From the NCBI RefSeq assembly GCF_963921235.1, contig NC_086108.1, forward strand, positions 24,118,001-24,182,000: a DNA stretch of 64,000 nt, in the 5' to 3' direction. This DNA is from Mobula hypostoma (lineage: Eukaryota). The notes under the pieces are model-generated. The model was not told the origin of the DNA and did no database searches. It was given only the letters and a program-made list of their open reading frames with translations. The translations under genes were made by a program, and so were the position numbers. Shown here piece after piece: positions 51,091 to 64,000 of this stretch (position 1 is the stretch's first letter; each line of letters opens with the position of its first letter).

Positions 51091-51175
51091 CGAACCCTAG
51101 ACAGCTTCTTTTCATAATGCTGCATACTGATAACAGTGATAATGCTAAGCCATGCCAATCAGAAACAATGGCCTA

Positions 51176-51700
51176 CAGTACTGAACAGAAGTCTTTGGCA
51201 TGACTTAGCATTAGCTAGGGTGCCCAAGACATTCATATAGTACTGTAGTAATTTTATGTATTGCACGGTACTGCTGTCGCAAAAGAAACAGATTTCTTAA
51301 CATATGTGAGTGATGATAAACCTGCTATGGGTCTCAATTGTGGCTAAGAATAGAAGAGGCAGGAAGAGGGGAATCATGGTTGGGAAAAGGAGAGGAGAGG
51401 GAGTGGGAAGCACTAGAGAGACATTCTGTAATGATCAATGAACCAATTGTTTGGAATCAAATGACCTGCCTGGTGTCCCAGGGCTGGGTGTGTCTATACC
51501 CAGACTGCCACACCCCCCCACCCCCGCCCTTGGTACTTCTTTTCGCCACCTGTTCCATGCTCCTCTTGCGGTGCTCCACCCTCACCATTTCCAGGTTTAC
51601 AAACTCACTTTCTGTTTCATGTTGACAAATACCGTATTGTGCAAAAGTCTGCATATAGCTGCATATAGTATATGTGCCTAAGACTTTTGTTCATTACTAC
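51176..51700. mobile_element. Composite repeat bounded by two ~70-bp Tc1/mariner-like MITEs
   Basis: 51176-51245 (TA-CAGTACTG...TAGTACTG-TA) and 51632-51699 share degenerate CAGTACTGTGCAAAAGTCTT / GTGCCTAAGACTTTTG arms. Confidence 0.55.
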
Positions 51701-52753
51701 ATTAACAGTTTGTTTTGTCTTCGGGTTTTTCAAAAGCTGTTTTTGTCTTTTTCATGGGATAAACATCAATCGCCACTAAATCTTCTACATCCAACACCAA
51801 CTAATTTGGAAACTGCTCCATAATTTTGCCATCCTTACTGCTGGATGTGTGATGCCACAGTGTATGAGTGAAAGGAAAAGGTCTGATATTACATCATCTG
51901 ACTCAGCTGCCTCATGTTTGAGCACATCAGATGTCACCAGAATTATCCCCACATATAGTACCTATGTGATGACATTAGACTATTCAACAGTGTTTGGAAG
52001 ATGAATACAAAAGGTTGCAGGTTTCAAACTGCCGGACTGTAATTCCTTTGACTTTGTTTCAGAATGCTTGTGTCGAACTCATTGTCCAAAAAACACCTCA
52101 TTTTGCATGGAATTTAGCAGTTTTTTTTGAATGACCTCAAGTCTTGTCAATGCAGTTGGGGAAAAGTCTGCTAGCTTTAAATTAAGTCAACCCAGCCACT
52201 CTGACGAATGGAACTACTAGCTGAGGAGATTACATAAATTCAAATGAAGCTTAGTACTGTCATGGCAACACTCTCATTTAAGGTCCCATTACTAATTTTG
52301 TTTTTTATCCCAAATCCTCTTCATCTGGAGATTTGAGACAAACCAAACCAGAAGAAAATAGCAGTTTAAATTTTTATTGAAGCGTTACATTCGAAAGTGG
52401 TGATCCTTACAAATGTATCAGCTGCTATTCAAGATTAGTAAAAATAGGACCTTGCCTTGAAGTGTCAGCATGTAAATAAGGTATTTAAGAGTGAAAATCC
52501 TGCCAGAACTCAATTGCTTTCTGACATTGACAGAACAATATTTTTTATGCACTGAGCAGAAGAATTAATGTGTTGAAGTCCTAGTTACAATAACATACTG
52601 CATACCCACGCATACTAGACTAACCCCAATTGGCTTGAGTTTGCATCAACCATCAGGCACTCATTGTTACACAAATCCTACCCCAATGCACTTTTATTTT
52701 GTCCTCATTCCCATCATCTCCTGCCAGATCCTATAATCAGCTGTACTCTAAGG

Positions 52754-52834
52754 CAGGAGTTTCCAAACTTTTTTTATTCCATAGACCAATACCATTAACC
52801 AAGCGGTCTGTAGACCCCAGGTTGGGAACCCCTG
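52754..52834. mobile_element. hAT-Charlie-type MITE (81 bp)
   Basis: TIRs CAGGAGTTTCCAAAC / GTTGGGAACCCCTG; TSD CTCTAAGG / CTCTGAGG (7/8); same family as 38481. Confidence 0.82.
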
Positions 52835-52884
52835 CTCTGAGGATAATTTACAGAGGCCAGTTTACCTACCCCCATCTTTCCCCC

Positions 52885-53366
52885 AAGAAGAAGCCTGCAG
52901 AAGGTCGTGAATACGGCGCAGCACATCACACAAACCAATCTTCTGTCCTTGGACTCACTTTATACCGCACGCCATCAGAGCAGTGCTGCCAGGATAATCA
53001 AGGACATGACCCACCCAGCTAACACACTTTTTGTCCCTCTTCCCTCCGGAAGAAGGCTCAGGAGCTTAAAGACTCGTATGGCCAGATTTGGGAACAGCTT
53101 CTTTCCAACTGTGATAAGACTGCTGAACGGATCCTGACCCAGATCTGGGCCGTACCCTCCAAATATCCGGACCTGCCTCTCGGTTTTTTTGCACTACCTT
53201 ACTTTCCATTTTTCTATTTTCTATTTATGATTTATAATTTAAACTTTTAGTATTTACTATCGATTTGTAATCCAGGGAGCTGTGATGATTGTACGTTCTA
53301 GTATCAATTGTTTGGCGACAATAAAGTAAAATAAAGTAAAGTATAAAGTAAAGTATAAAGTATAAG
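52885..53366 (+). mobile_element. Young Rex1/Babar 3' fragment inside a SINE
   Basis: RIIKDMTHPANTLFVPLPSGRRLRSLKTRMARFGNSFFPTVIRLLN; (TAAAG/TATAAAG)n tail; SINE sequence resumes at 53367-53480. Confidence 0.85.
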
Positions 53367-55804
53367 GATCACAAGGGGAACATGCAAACTCCACATGGCG
53401 AGCACCCAAAGTCAGGATTAAACCTGGGTCACGGGAGCCGTGAGGCAACGTCTCTCTTAGCAGCATCACTGCACTGGTCACTAGGCGGCACTGTTGATAA
53501 TAAGGAATTAATGCATGTTAATATAGTTTTATATTTCATTCTGTAGACTTTAACATTTTTGTGTGTGAAATATTTCATTTCAGAATCAGATATCTGCTTG
53601 GAAAAGGAGTTTGCCAGACCCTGCTGGTCAGCTACTCTGTGAAGACAGCAAAGCAGGATTCAAAATGGAAGTCCCATCTTATAATAACTTATATGAAGAA
53701 AACTAAAGAGCCAGAAAATGGCAGCATGGTAGCCAAGCTGTCAATACTCCAGCAGTGAACTTTACAGATCAAGAGAAAGTTCCACTGTAAACCTGGCTGT
53801 AATGTTAACACTTTGCAATCTATATCAGTCTTTATTTGCTGTGTGCTTATCAGTAATAACCGTTGACCAAGGCAGCTGGGTATACAAATTTATTAACAGT
53901 AAGAAAGTGCAAATGTTGCCGAATAACTGCAGTACTGTGTTGCAAACACAGCTTCGGAACCACAAATCCCAATAACTAGAGACATGATAATTTTGTGTTA
54001 CACTCAGTATTTTTCAGTTGTGTGTTATACTGTATATACTGAACAGCAGCCTCTCTATGTGACTTACTTCTTTCTGGACTTTGCAATAAACAACACCAGA
54101 TTATGACTAAACCATTTCAGATGACTCTTCATTTGTTGCCACTAATCAGAGGGTTTATCCAAAATAAAAGATGCATGCAATAACATTTTAAAAAAGAATC
54201 TTACAATGTTCACATGGACTTGTTGTTTACAGAACGCTTTACTAACAGATAGTGATGAAATAAAGTAATGCAGAACAGTGCCTGGAGGTGTGGTTGATGA
54301 TGAAATCAACTCTCATTCATGTCAACAAGTTCAATTATGAAAAAGAAAGGAAGGGCAAAATTGTTTGACTTACTACCATTAAAACTCTGTTATAACAGTG
54401 GCTTTCAGCAACATTTTAAATTAATATTACTCTTTGAATTAAAGCTGCAGTAAAATGTCAACAATAAATGCAATTAGTGATATTTGACAATTAATAAACA
54501 AAAGATGATTTCAAACTAACACCAAGACAGGCAGGTGTCAGTCTCTGTATTTTGGTGACGTATGAGCTTGAACTAAAATATTTTCAGCACAGCACTGGAA
54601 GCCTCTGCAAACCCTACTCTGTGTGCACTTTCTTTTAATTTTAAACATTGAAACACAATCCCAAGAAAATTCATGCCATAATTGCTCATAGGTCCAAGAT
54701 AATGGAAACTTTCAAGCATGTGTAATCAATTGGTCCATTATACTCGAGGTAAATAGCACTTTTATTGTATGGTGATCACTGTTCCTTTAAAAGGAAATGC
54801 TTTCACCATGTACAAAATGGTGACTCAGAAAGAGAAGTGTACTGTGAGGGGGAAAAATTGCTGCTGTAATTCCCAAATTAGTAGTTAAAGATGATTTGCT
54901 TTGATGGCAAGGCAATGTGTTGAATATGTTATCTAATGCAGATTCTTGCCAAAGTGGAATGTAATTTCTGCTTGTGAAAGCAATCTGAAGCAAACAAGAG
55001 GCTATTATCTCATTTTCTACAAGCTACAGAGATGATTGACATTTTGTTTACTTCACTTGTTAAAAGGAATAGTTTTCCATTAATGTTATCGTACAAGCTA
55101 AATGCACAATTCATGGAAGTACTGAGAGAGTGCAGCTCTGCATGAGTTTGCCATTCTCAGGGTGACAAAACAATTTTACAGTACCACTTACAGAACAGAT
55201 GAGGCCTTGTGTTCTGGTCACCATTTTTCACTAAGCTACTTAATTAAAACAGATGAATTGGTCCACAGATAAATATACAGACAGAAGCTAATGCAATTTC
55301 CTCATATTTTCCAATTACTGAATGTTTATTATTTGCTTTCAATGTCATTGTACGTATTACTACGAGAAGCAACAATTCTGTGAAGTAGAAGCCATATGAG
55401 ACTTCAATAACTCTGAGGTGTTTGTCTCCTGTTTTTCAATTGCCGAATGAAAGTAAAAGGACTTCTTTTGTTCAAATGAAAAAAAAATTCCACTGACAAT
55501 TTTTGGCAGCTGGACCAGGCACAAGGCATTTTCTAAGATAGGGTTCTGAGATGAACTATTATTTATCATGTTTTTAATTCAAGATTCTATCTCGGTAAAA
55601 GAATTGAAATGGGCTTTAGGAAAGATTGATCAGAGGCTCATTAAAGGACTAATTACTGATGATAATTCTTGGTAGCACTCATCTGGGCGACTACAACTGT
55701 ATGGTGGTTTTCATTTGTTCCAATGCTTTTCCTAATAGCCACCAGCTGTTGAGAAAGGAGCAGAACATCAACATGGATTTCAAATGATATTTAGATGGTC
55801 TCCT

Positions 55805-56720
55805 GCAGTGTGAAATGTGAGGAGGATGTTATGAGAATGCAGGGAGACTTGGACAGGTTGGGTGAGTGGGCAGATGCATGGCAGATGTAGTTTAATGTGG
55901 ATAAATGTGAGGTTATCCACTTTGGTAGCAAGAACAGGAAGGTACGTTACTATCTGAATGGTGTCAAGTTAGGAAATGGGGAAGTACAACGAGATCTAGG
56001 TGTCCTTGTTCATCAGTCACTGAAAGTCAGCATGCAGGTACAGCAGGCAGTGAAGAAAGCTAATGGCATGCTGGCTTTCATAACTAGGGGAATTGAATAT
56101 AGGAGCAACGAGGTCCTTCTGTAGTTGCACAGGGCCCTGGTGAGACCACACCTGGAATATTGCGTACAGTTTTGGTCTCCAAATTTGAGGAAGGACATTC
56201 TAGCTATTGAGGGAGTGCAGCGTAGGTTCACGAGATTAATTCCCTGGGATGGAGGGACTGTCATATGTTGAAAGATTGGAGCGATTGGGGTTGTATACAC
56301 TGGAATTTAGAAGGATGAGAGGGGATCTGATTGAAATATATAAGATTATTAAGGGATTGGACACACTAGAGGCAGGAAACATGTTCCCGATGTTGGGGGA
56401 GTCCAGAACCAGAGGCCACAGTTTAAGAATAAGGAGTAGACAATTTAGAACGGAGTTCAGGAAAAACTTTTTCACACAGAGGGTTGTGCTTCTGTGGAAT
56501 GCTCTGCGTCATAAGGCAATGGAGGCCAATTCTCTGGATTCTTTGAAAAAAAGAGTTAGATAGAGCTCTTAAAGATAGCGGAGTGAAGGGATATAGGGAG
56601 AAGGCAGGAAAAGGGTTCTGATTGTGAATGATCAACCATGATCACAGTGAACGGTGGTGTTGGCTCGAAGGGCTGAATGGCCTACTCCTGCACCTATTAT
56701 CTATTGTCTGTTGTCTATTG
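55805..56720 (+). mobile_element. CR1 3' fragment
   Basis: DKCEVIHFGSKN...GLYTLEFRRMRGDLIE...RTRGHSLRI; (CTATTGT)n-like tail. Confidence 0.92.
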
Positions 56721-58704
56721 AATTCTGAAGATGATCTGTGATATTACTGGGAAACTATCAGAATTAATAAGACAATAACATAACTTATTCTAGATATTGT
56801 CTAAAATCAGTGCTTTGCTGCTCCACCTTTTTGAACATGTTATAAGTTGTCACAGGAGAACAGGAAGGCTTGATCATAAGCAACTTGCTTGGAACCTCCT
56901 TTGGTCTAGCTGGGGAAAAGATGGAGATCTGGCAGAACAGTGAGAAGGGGAGGTAAGGGACTGAACGGCGAGCAGGGCTTCTGCCCTACAATGGGTAAAG
57001 CATATCTCTTCCCATCTGAACCTTCTCCACAAGACTTCCATAGCTACATCTGTCCCTGATGTACTAAGTGACAGCCAGAGTACGCCATGCTAAAAAATAT
57101 CTGAATGCTAAGCCGGCAGCTTCCTGATTTAGGATCTTCTGGCAAACTTCTGTAATTAGAGATTTCCATATATTTAACTTGTCTGTGTAAAAACTGAATT
57201 GCTTAATCTATGGGCATAAATAAAATCAACAGCGAGAAAAAAAATAAAATTTATGTCTCCCTCAAGTATAATTTTGTTATTCAATAAGTGGACAAAGATT
57301 AACCTTTTAAATGGCAGGACAGAGGTAAAAGTACACCAAAAAGGATTTCACCAACAATTTCTTGGCTCTAAATTCTCAGGCGAGTCTGACATTGAACCAT
57401 TGTCTATATGGTACTAGATGACCCAGATAAAAGATGTGCTCCTGAGATGCTAGTTGCTGCTGGTAATGAAAGTTTATTTTGAGCAGGCCAAAGGCATTAT
57501 CCACACATCTGGCAGTGCTGTCGATTTTCTGGGAGTGATGGCCAGCTGAAAGAAATGGCATGTGGACAGGAATCAGAAGCCAAAGGAGGAAAGGGACAAC
57601 CTCAAGATCCCAGTATGAAGATATGTCAACTTCAAAAGCTAGCAAGCAAAGTGGAGTTGGGAGGTCATGTCAACCTCCTGGATGCTTGGAATTGATTGTG
57701 TCAAAGTTCTTGTAGTCAACCATGGCTTGGATTTCAAAGGAGAGAGAACCCTTGTGATTCACAAAAGGCTCTAGTTTCTAAAGGGTACCCTGAATGGGAA
57801 TGTCTTATGTGGGCTGTCTGTTACCTCTGAACTCCATGGAAGCTGGCAATATTGTCAGATTTCCATGCTCGCTCAGCCATGCATGGTCTGCTGAAGTAAA
57901 CATAGAGTTCAATTTCCCAGCACAGCAAGTGTCAGTGACTTCTTGCCATGAAAGACAAGTCATGATAGAGCTCATATGTGGTACCCTGGAATGGTATTCA
58001 AGCTAGAATGTTCAGGGTGATACAATCTTGACCTCAATAAAGTAGATTAAATGGGAAGTAAATAGTTCTTCAGCAGAGGGTATAAAGTTCAGGAAGCATA
58101 GATTTCAAGTATTTGGCAGAGGGAGCAGAAGGCAAGAGAAGATTTTGTTTTGGTTCTACAAGTGTAGAAATCAGAAATTCACTGCCTAAATGGCAGGGGC
58201 AGAAACCTCATCACACTTAAACATAATTGCTGACAATAGAAGAACCATGACATGCAGGATTACGGTCCTAGAATGGAATAGAGGAACAGTCTGTGTCATT
58301 CTTGTTCAACCATCAAATGGCCTCCTTCTGTTTAATGTTTTTGTTCAAATCATACAATAGAGATTATCCAAATGCACTATTATGCTGCTGCCTGCATGTC
58401 CTACTGGCTTCCAAAATTCAATTCCATTCTGGTTAATGGTATGGAACTCAAGTAGGAAAACAGAATTGAAGCCAGTGTTCAGATCAACATAGGTGGTCAG
58501 AGAGTCCATATCAACAGTTCTTACACCTGATTGTATGTAGATGAGTTCTCTTTACTGTGGTATGAGCAGACAAACTCACTGTCAAAGTGATAAAGAAAGC
58601 AGATGTGAAACTGCTGACTGTACGACCTACTCTCCACCGAGCTCCTCTGTGACCATGATTCCAGGGTAATGACGTACTGTTCTGGCTTCCAGAGGTGCAG
58701 TGCA

Positions 58705-58920
58705 CAAGACCATAAGATATAGGAGCATTTGGCCCATCGAGTCTGCTCCGCCATTCAATCATGGGCTGATCCAAATCTTCCAGTCGTTCCGACTCCCCTG
58801 CCTTCTCCCCACACCCTTTGATGCCTTGGCTGATTCAAGAACCTATCTATTTCTGACTTAAATGCATCTAATGACTTGGCCTCCACAGCTGCTCGTGGTA
58901 ACAGATTCTACAGATTTTCA
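58705..58920 (-). mobile_element. CR1 3' end; continues at 62520-62825
   Basis: (AAGACCAT)n-type tail and 3' UTR; breaks at ...ctacagattttca and resumes as ...ctgactacaataatttctccgc after the long CR1. Confidence 0.8.
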
Positions 58921-61900
58921 CATAACATGGAAACATAGAAAACCTACAGCACAGTACAGGCCCTTCGGCCCACAAAGCTGTGCCGAAAATGTCCCTACCT
59001 CAGTACTATTTAGGCTTTATCAATAGCCCTTTATGTTTCTAAGCTCCATGTAGCCATCCAGAAGTCTCTTAAAGGACCCTATCATTTCCCCCTCCACCAC
59101 CGCCGCCAGCAGCCCATACCATGGACTCACCACTCTCTGCATTAAAAACTTAACCCTGACATCTCCTCTGTACCTACTTCCAAGCACCTTAAAACTATGC
59201 CCTCTCGTGCTAGTCATTTCAGCCCTGGGGAAAAGCCTCTGACTATCCACACAATCAATGCCTCTCATTATCTTGTACAGCTCTATCAGGTCACCTCTCA
59301 TCCTCCATCGCTCCAAGGAGGAAAGGCTGAGTTCACTCAACCAATTCTCATAAGGCATGCTCCCCAATCCAGGCAACATCCTCGTAAATCTCCTCTGCGC
59401 CCTTTCTATGGTTGCCACATCCTTCCTGTAGTGAGGCGACTAGAACTGAGCACAGTACTCCAAGTGGGGCCTGACCAGGGTCCTATATAGCTGCAACATT
59501 ACCTCTCGGCTCTTAAACTCAATCCCACGATTGATGAAGTCCAATGCACCGTATGCCTTCTTAACCACAGAGTCAACCTGCGTAGCAGCTTTGAGTGTCC
59601 TATGGACTAGGTCCCCAAGATCCCTCTGATCCTCCACACTGCCAAGGGTCTTACCATTAATGCTATATTCTGCTATCATATTTGACCTACCAAAATGAAC
59701 CACTTATCTGGGTTGAACTCCATCTACCATTCTCAGCTCAGTTTTGAATGCTATCAATGTCCCATTGTAACCTCCTACAACCCTCCGCACTATCCACAAC
59801 ACCCCCAACCTTTGAATCATTAGCAAATTTACTAACCCATCCCTCCACTTCCTCATCCAGCTCATTTATAAAAATCACAAAGGGTAGGGGTCCCAGAACA
59901 AATCCCTGAGGCACACCACTGGTCACTGGCCTCCATGCAGAATATGACCCGTCTACAACCATTCTTTGCCTTCTTTGGCCAAGCCAGTTCTGGATCCACA
60001 AAGCAATGTCCCATGGGATTCCATGTCTGCTTACCTTTTCAAAAAGCCTTGCATGGGTACCTTATCAAATGTCTAATGCATCTAATACATCTAATGCTCT
60101 ACTTTCATCAATGTGTTTAGTCACATCCTCGAAAAATTCAATCAGGTTCATAAGGCATGACCTGCCTTTGACTATTCTGACCATGCTGACGATTCCTAAT
60201 CATATTATGCCTCTCCAAATGTTCCTAAATCCTGCTTCTCAGGATCTTCTCCATCAACTTACCAACCACTGAAGTAAGACTCACTGACCTATAATTTCCT
60301 GGGCTATCCCTACTCCCTTTCTTGAAAAAGGGAACAACATCGGCAACCCTCCAATCCTTTGGAACCTCTCTCAGCCTCATTGATGATGCAAAGATCATTG
60401 CCAAAGGCTCAGCAATCTCTTCCCTCGCTTCCTACAGTGGTCTGGGGTATATCCTGTCCGGTCCCGATGACTTACACACCTTGAGGCTGTCCAAAAGCTC
60501 AGCACATCCTCTTCTTTAATATCTACATTCTCAAGCTTTTCAGTCCACTGCAAGTCATCCCTACAATCACCAAGAGCCTTTTCCGTGGTGAATACTGAAG
60601 CAAAGTATTCATTAAGTACCTCTACTATTTCCTCCGGTTCCATACACACTTTTCCACTGTCACACTTGATTGGTCCTATTCTCTCATGTCTTATCCTTTT
60701 GCTCTTCACATACTTGTAGAATGCCTTGGGGTTTTCCTTAATTCTGTCTGCCAAGGCCTTCTCATGGCCCCTTCTGGCTCTCCTAATTTCATTCTTAAGC
60801 TCCTTCCTGCTAGCCTTATAATCTTCTAGATTCCTATCATTATCTAGTTTTTTGAACCTTTCGTAAGCTCTTCATTTCTTCTTGACTAGATTTACAACAG
60901 CCTTTGTACACCACGGATCTTGTACCCTACCATCCTTTCCATGTCTCATCGGAACATAACTACTCAGAACCCCATACAAATATCCCCTGAACATTTGCCA
61001 CATTTCTCCCATTTGTTTCCCTAAGAACATCTGTTTCCAATTTATGCTTCCAAGTTCCTGCCTGATAGCCTCATAATTCCCCTTACTCCAATTAAACGTT
61101 TCCCTAACTTGTCTGTTCCTATCTTTCTCCAATGCTATGGTAAAGGAGATAGAATTGTGATCACTATCTCCAAAATGCTCTCCCACTGAGAGACCTGACA
61201 CCTGACCAGGTTAATTTCCCAATACCAGATCAAGTACAGCCTCTCATCTTTTAGGCTTATCTACATGTTGTGTCAAGAAACCTTCCTGAACACAACTAAC
61301 AAACTCTACCCCTCACTCTAGGGAGGTGCCAATCAATATCTGGGGAATTAAAATCTCCCACCTCAACAACCCTGTTATTATTACTCCTTTTCAGAATCCG
61401 TCACCCTATCTGCTCCTCAATGTCCCTGTTACTATTGGGTGGTCTATAAAAAAGCACGCAGTAGAGTTATTGACCCCCTTCCTATTCCTAACTTCCACCT
61501 ACAGATACTCCATAGACAAACCCTCCATGATTCCTCCTTTTCTGCAGCTGTGACACTATCTCTGATCAACAGTGCCACACCCTCACCTCTTTTGCTTCCC
61601 TCCCTATCCTTTCTGAAACATCTAAAGCCTAGTGCTTGAAGTAGACATTCCTGCCCCTGCACTATTCAAGTCTCTGTAGTGGCCACAACATCATAGCTCC
61701 AAGTGCTGATCCACGCTCTAAGCTCATCTGCTTTATTCATATTACTCCTCGCATTAAAATAGACACATCTTAAACCATCGGTCTGAGCTCATCCCTTCTC
61801 TATCACTTGCCTATTCTCCCTTTCTCCAAGCTTTCTCTATTTGTGAGCCAACCTCCCTTTCCTCTGTCACTTCAGTTCAGTTCCCAACCCCCAGCATTTC

Positions 61901-62520
61901 TAGTTTAAACTCCCCCCAACAGCCTTTGCAAAATTCCTCGCCAGGATATTGGTCTCCCTTGGATTCAAGTGCAACCCGACCTTGCTGTACAGGTCACACC
62001 TGCCCCAGAAGATTTCCCAATGATCCAGAAATCTGAACCCCTGCCCCTGCTCCAATCCCTCAGCCACGCGTTTATCATCCACCTCATTCTATTCCTATGC
62101 TCACTGTCATGTGGCACAGGCAGTAATCCTGTGATTATTACCTTTGAGGTCCTGCTTCTCAACTTCTTTCCTAACTCCCTGTAGTCTGTTTTCAGGACCT
62201 CCTTCCTTTTCCTACCTATGTTGTTGGTACCAATATGTACCATGACCTCTGGCTGTTTTCCCTCCCACTTCAAGATATCGTGGACACGATCACCTGGCAC
62301 CTGGGAGGCAAACTACCATCCGCGTTTCTTTCCTGTGTCCACAGAATCGCCTATCTGACCCCCTAACTATAGAGTCTCCTATCGCTGCTGCCATCCTCTT
62401 ACTTTCCCTACGTTTCTGAGCCACAGAGCCAGACACTGTGCCAGAGGTGTGACCACTGTTCCCCCAGGGAGGCCGTTCCCCCCAACAGTACTCAAGCAGG
62501 AAAACTTATTGTTAAGAAAG
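58921..62520 (-). mobile_element. Near full-length degenerate CR1 (ORF1 esterase-like plus ORF2 EN/RT)
   Basis: ORF1 remnant VMVHIGTNNIGRK...GLHLN; endonuclease (FRKDREGSKRGEGVALL, GDSDHN); RT (GVPQGFVLGP, KFANDSK); C-terminus; AAACATAG-type tail at 58921. Confidence 0.92.
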
Positions 62521-62825
62521 ACAGCCACTGACTACAATAATTTCTCCGCAACTCTGTTCTAAATGGACGTCCTTCAATCCTGATGTCGTGCCCTCTTGTC
62601 CTGGACTCCCCTACCATGGGAAATAACTTCGCCATATCTAATCTGTTCAGGCCTTTTAACATTTGGAATGGTTCTTCAAGATCCACCCTCATTCTCCTGA
62701 ACTCCAGGGAATACAGCCCGAGCTGTCAGACGTTCCTCATATGGTAACCCTTTCATTCCTGGAATCATTCTCGTGAATTTTCTAAAATAGGGAGCGAGAA
62801 ACTGCACACAATACTCCAAGTGTAA
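62520..62825 (-). mobile_element. CR1 ORF2 C-terminal piece (continuation of 58705-58920)
   Basis: LFPMVGESRTRGHDIRIEGRPFRTELRRNY; cut off at 62826 by an LTR. Confidence 0.82.
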
Positions 62826-63920
62826 TGTGATGAACCCTTAAGTTTATCTTGCTGTGGACTGTCATTTTAAGAGAGAGTGCCTGAGTGATGTCAGCCACCG
62901 GCTTTCTCGGCTCCTGTTTGATTCTTACTGAGAGAGAGAGGCGGAACAATTTGACTCTGCAGCTTGTTTTGATTTAGGCAAGGACACTCACTCACACACG
63001 GTCAGTCGCAGTTGGAGTCGGACAATGGAAGGAAGCCAGTGACTAAGGGGTCACTGGTTGGAACTTTCGAGTGCCCACAAGGGTGGGTTGAGCATCGACC
63101 CAGCACATCAATAAGTGGCTATCATTTTGTGTGATTAGGGAAACCTTGTGGAATCTGCCCATGTGTTAACCCTTGACTGGGTGGTAGTTCCCTTTGAAGA
63201 CAGTACTCTTGTGATAAGCTACTACTGGTGATAATTCGTAAGCGGATTTGGAACGATGATGGATAAAACCTATGGCGATTGTTATCCTGTTTTACCACAG
63301 TGGAACCTGTAGAATACAACATAAATGCCTTCTCTCGACATTCACCTTGGACTACAAATATCTCTCTCACATCGTTTAATCCATGGATGAACTGAACTTT
63401 CATACTTCACCATCTCAAGATTTTAAGCCTATTGCCCCCCGAGCTCAGTAGTTTGGGAATTACATTTACACATATGTATACTGATAACACTTTTAACTTT
63501 TGATTATTTTTGTTTAAGTTGCTATATTAAGTAGATACTAACAAAGATAGTGATTTTAACATCAAAACCAGACTCCAGGCATGACTGTTATGGGTATGTA
63601 AAAAAAATTGGGGGCTCGTCCGGGATATGAACAAATTTGGGGGCTTATTAATTGATCAAATACCGACTTGATTGAGGAAATCCCTTTAGATTTGTTTGTG
63701 CAGGAAAATCAGCAGCAATGGATGCTGATGAATTTCTGGAGGCGCCATCCTCTGGGGTGTTAGATGATGCCAGAAGGGATGAATTGAGTTGATGATGATT
63801 GCTAAGAAGTTAAGAAGTTAAACCTTAAGGTGAAGTTGATAATGAAGAGGGCACAGATGCAGAGGATTACAGCCGAGAATGTGTTTCAAGCGGAAGAGTT
63901 GGAATTGTTTCAGACTAGTC
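62826..63920 (+). mobile_element. 5' LTR, PBS and decayed gag start of an LTR retroelement
   Basis: Begins TGTGATG inside CR1; LTR ends near 63602; PBS follows; MDADEFLEAPS start at 63718 with stops soon after. Confidence 0.75.
63609..63626 (+). promoter_or_regulatory. tRNA-Pro primer-binding site
   Basis: TGGGGGCTCGTCCGGGAT, identical to the canonical tRNA-Pro PBS (as in MLV). Confidence 0.92.
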
Positions 63921-64000
63921 TTGCAGCACTAGATGGAGTAAGTCGCACTTGACTTTGCTCCGTTCTTTTTTCATTTATTTACCACCTGTTTAGTATTCAC

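Noticed and set aside
53321..53366. Short tandem arrays as CRISPR-like or satellite repeats (also 7636-7660, 14212-14230)
   Set aside because: They are LINE 3' tails with no spacers; the DNA is eukaryotic with no cas-like ORFs.

Overview
Eukaryotic, AT-rich, repeat-dense DNA. The repeat mix (CR1, Rex1/Babar, RTE, V-SINE/HE1-like and Deu-domain SINEs, Penelope-derived repeats) suggests a cartilaginous fish, probably a ray (inference). The only host coding sequence I can support is one 128-bp internal exon on the minus strand (26606-26733) that matches astrotactin-1 (ASTN1) as I recall it; the rest of the window looks like two very large introns. The introns hold nested and decayed transposons: a CR1 split by a degenerate ~6.2-kb Gypsy, itself split by a Rex1/Babar fragment; a near full-length CR1; a near full-length Rex1/Babar; a clean solo LTR; and the 5' end of an LTR element with a perfect tRNA-Pro primer-binding site. 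The long ORFs in the supplied track are transposon remnants or their antisense. I found no convincing new biological system. The best leads are five decayed minimal hammerhead-ribozyme motifs in Penelope-derived repeats, two non-L1 LINE insertions with twin-priming-type inversions, and a structured ~600-bp non-coding retroposon. Repeat families were assigned by eye from remembered motifs, not by database search, and boundaries of old elements are approximate.
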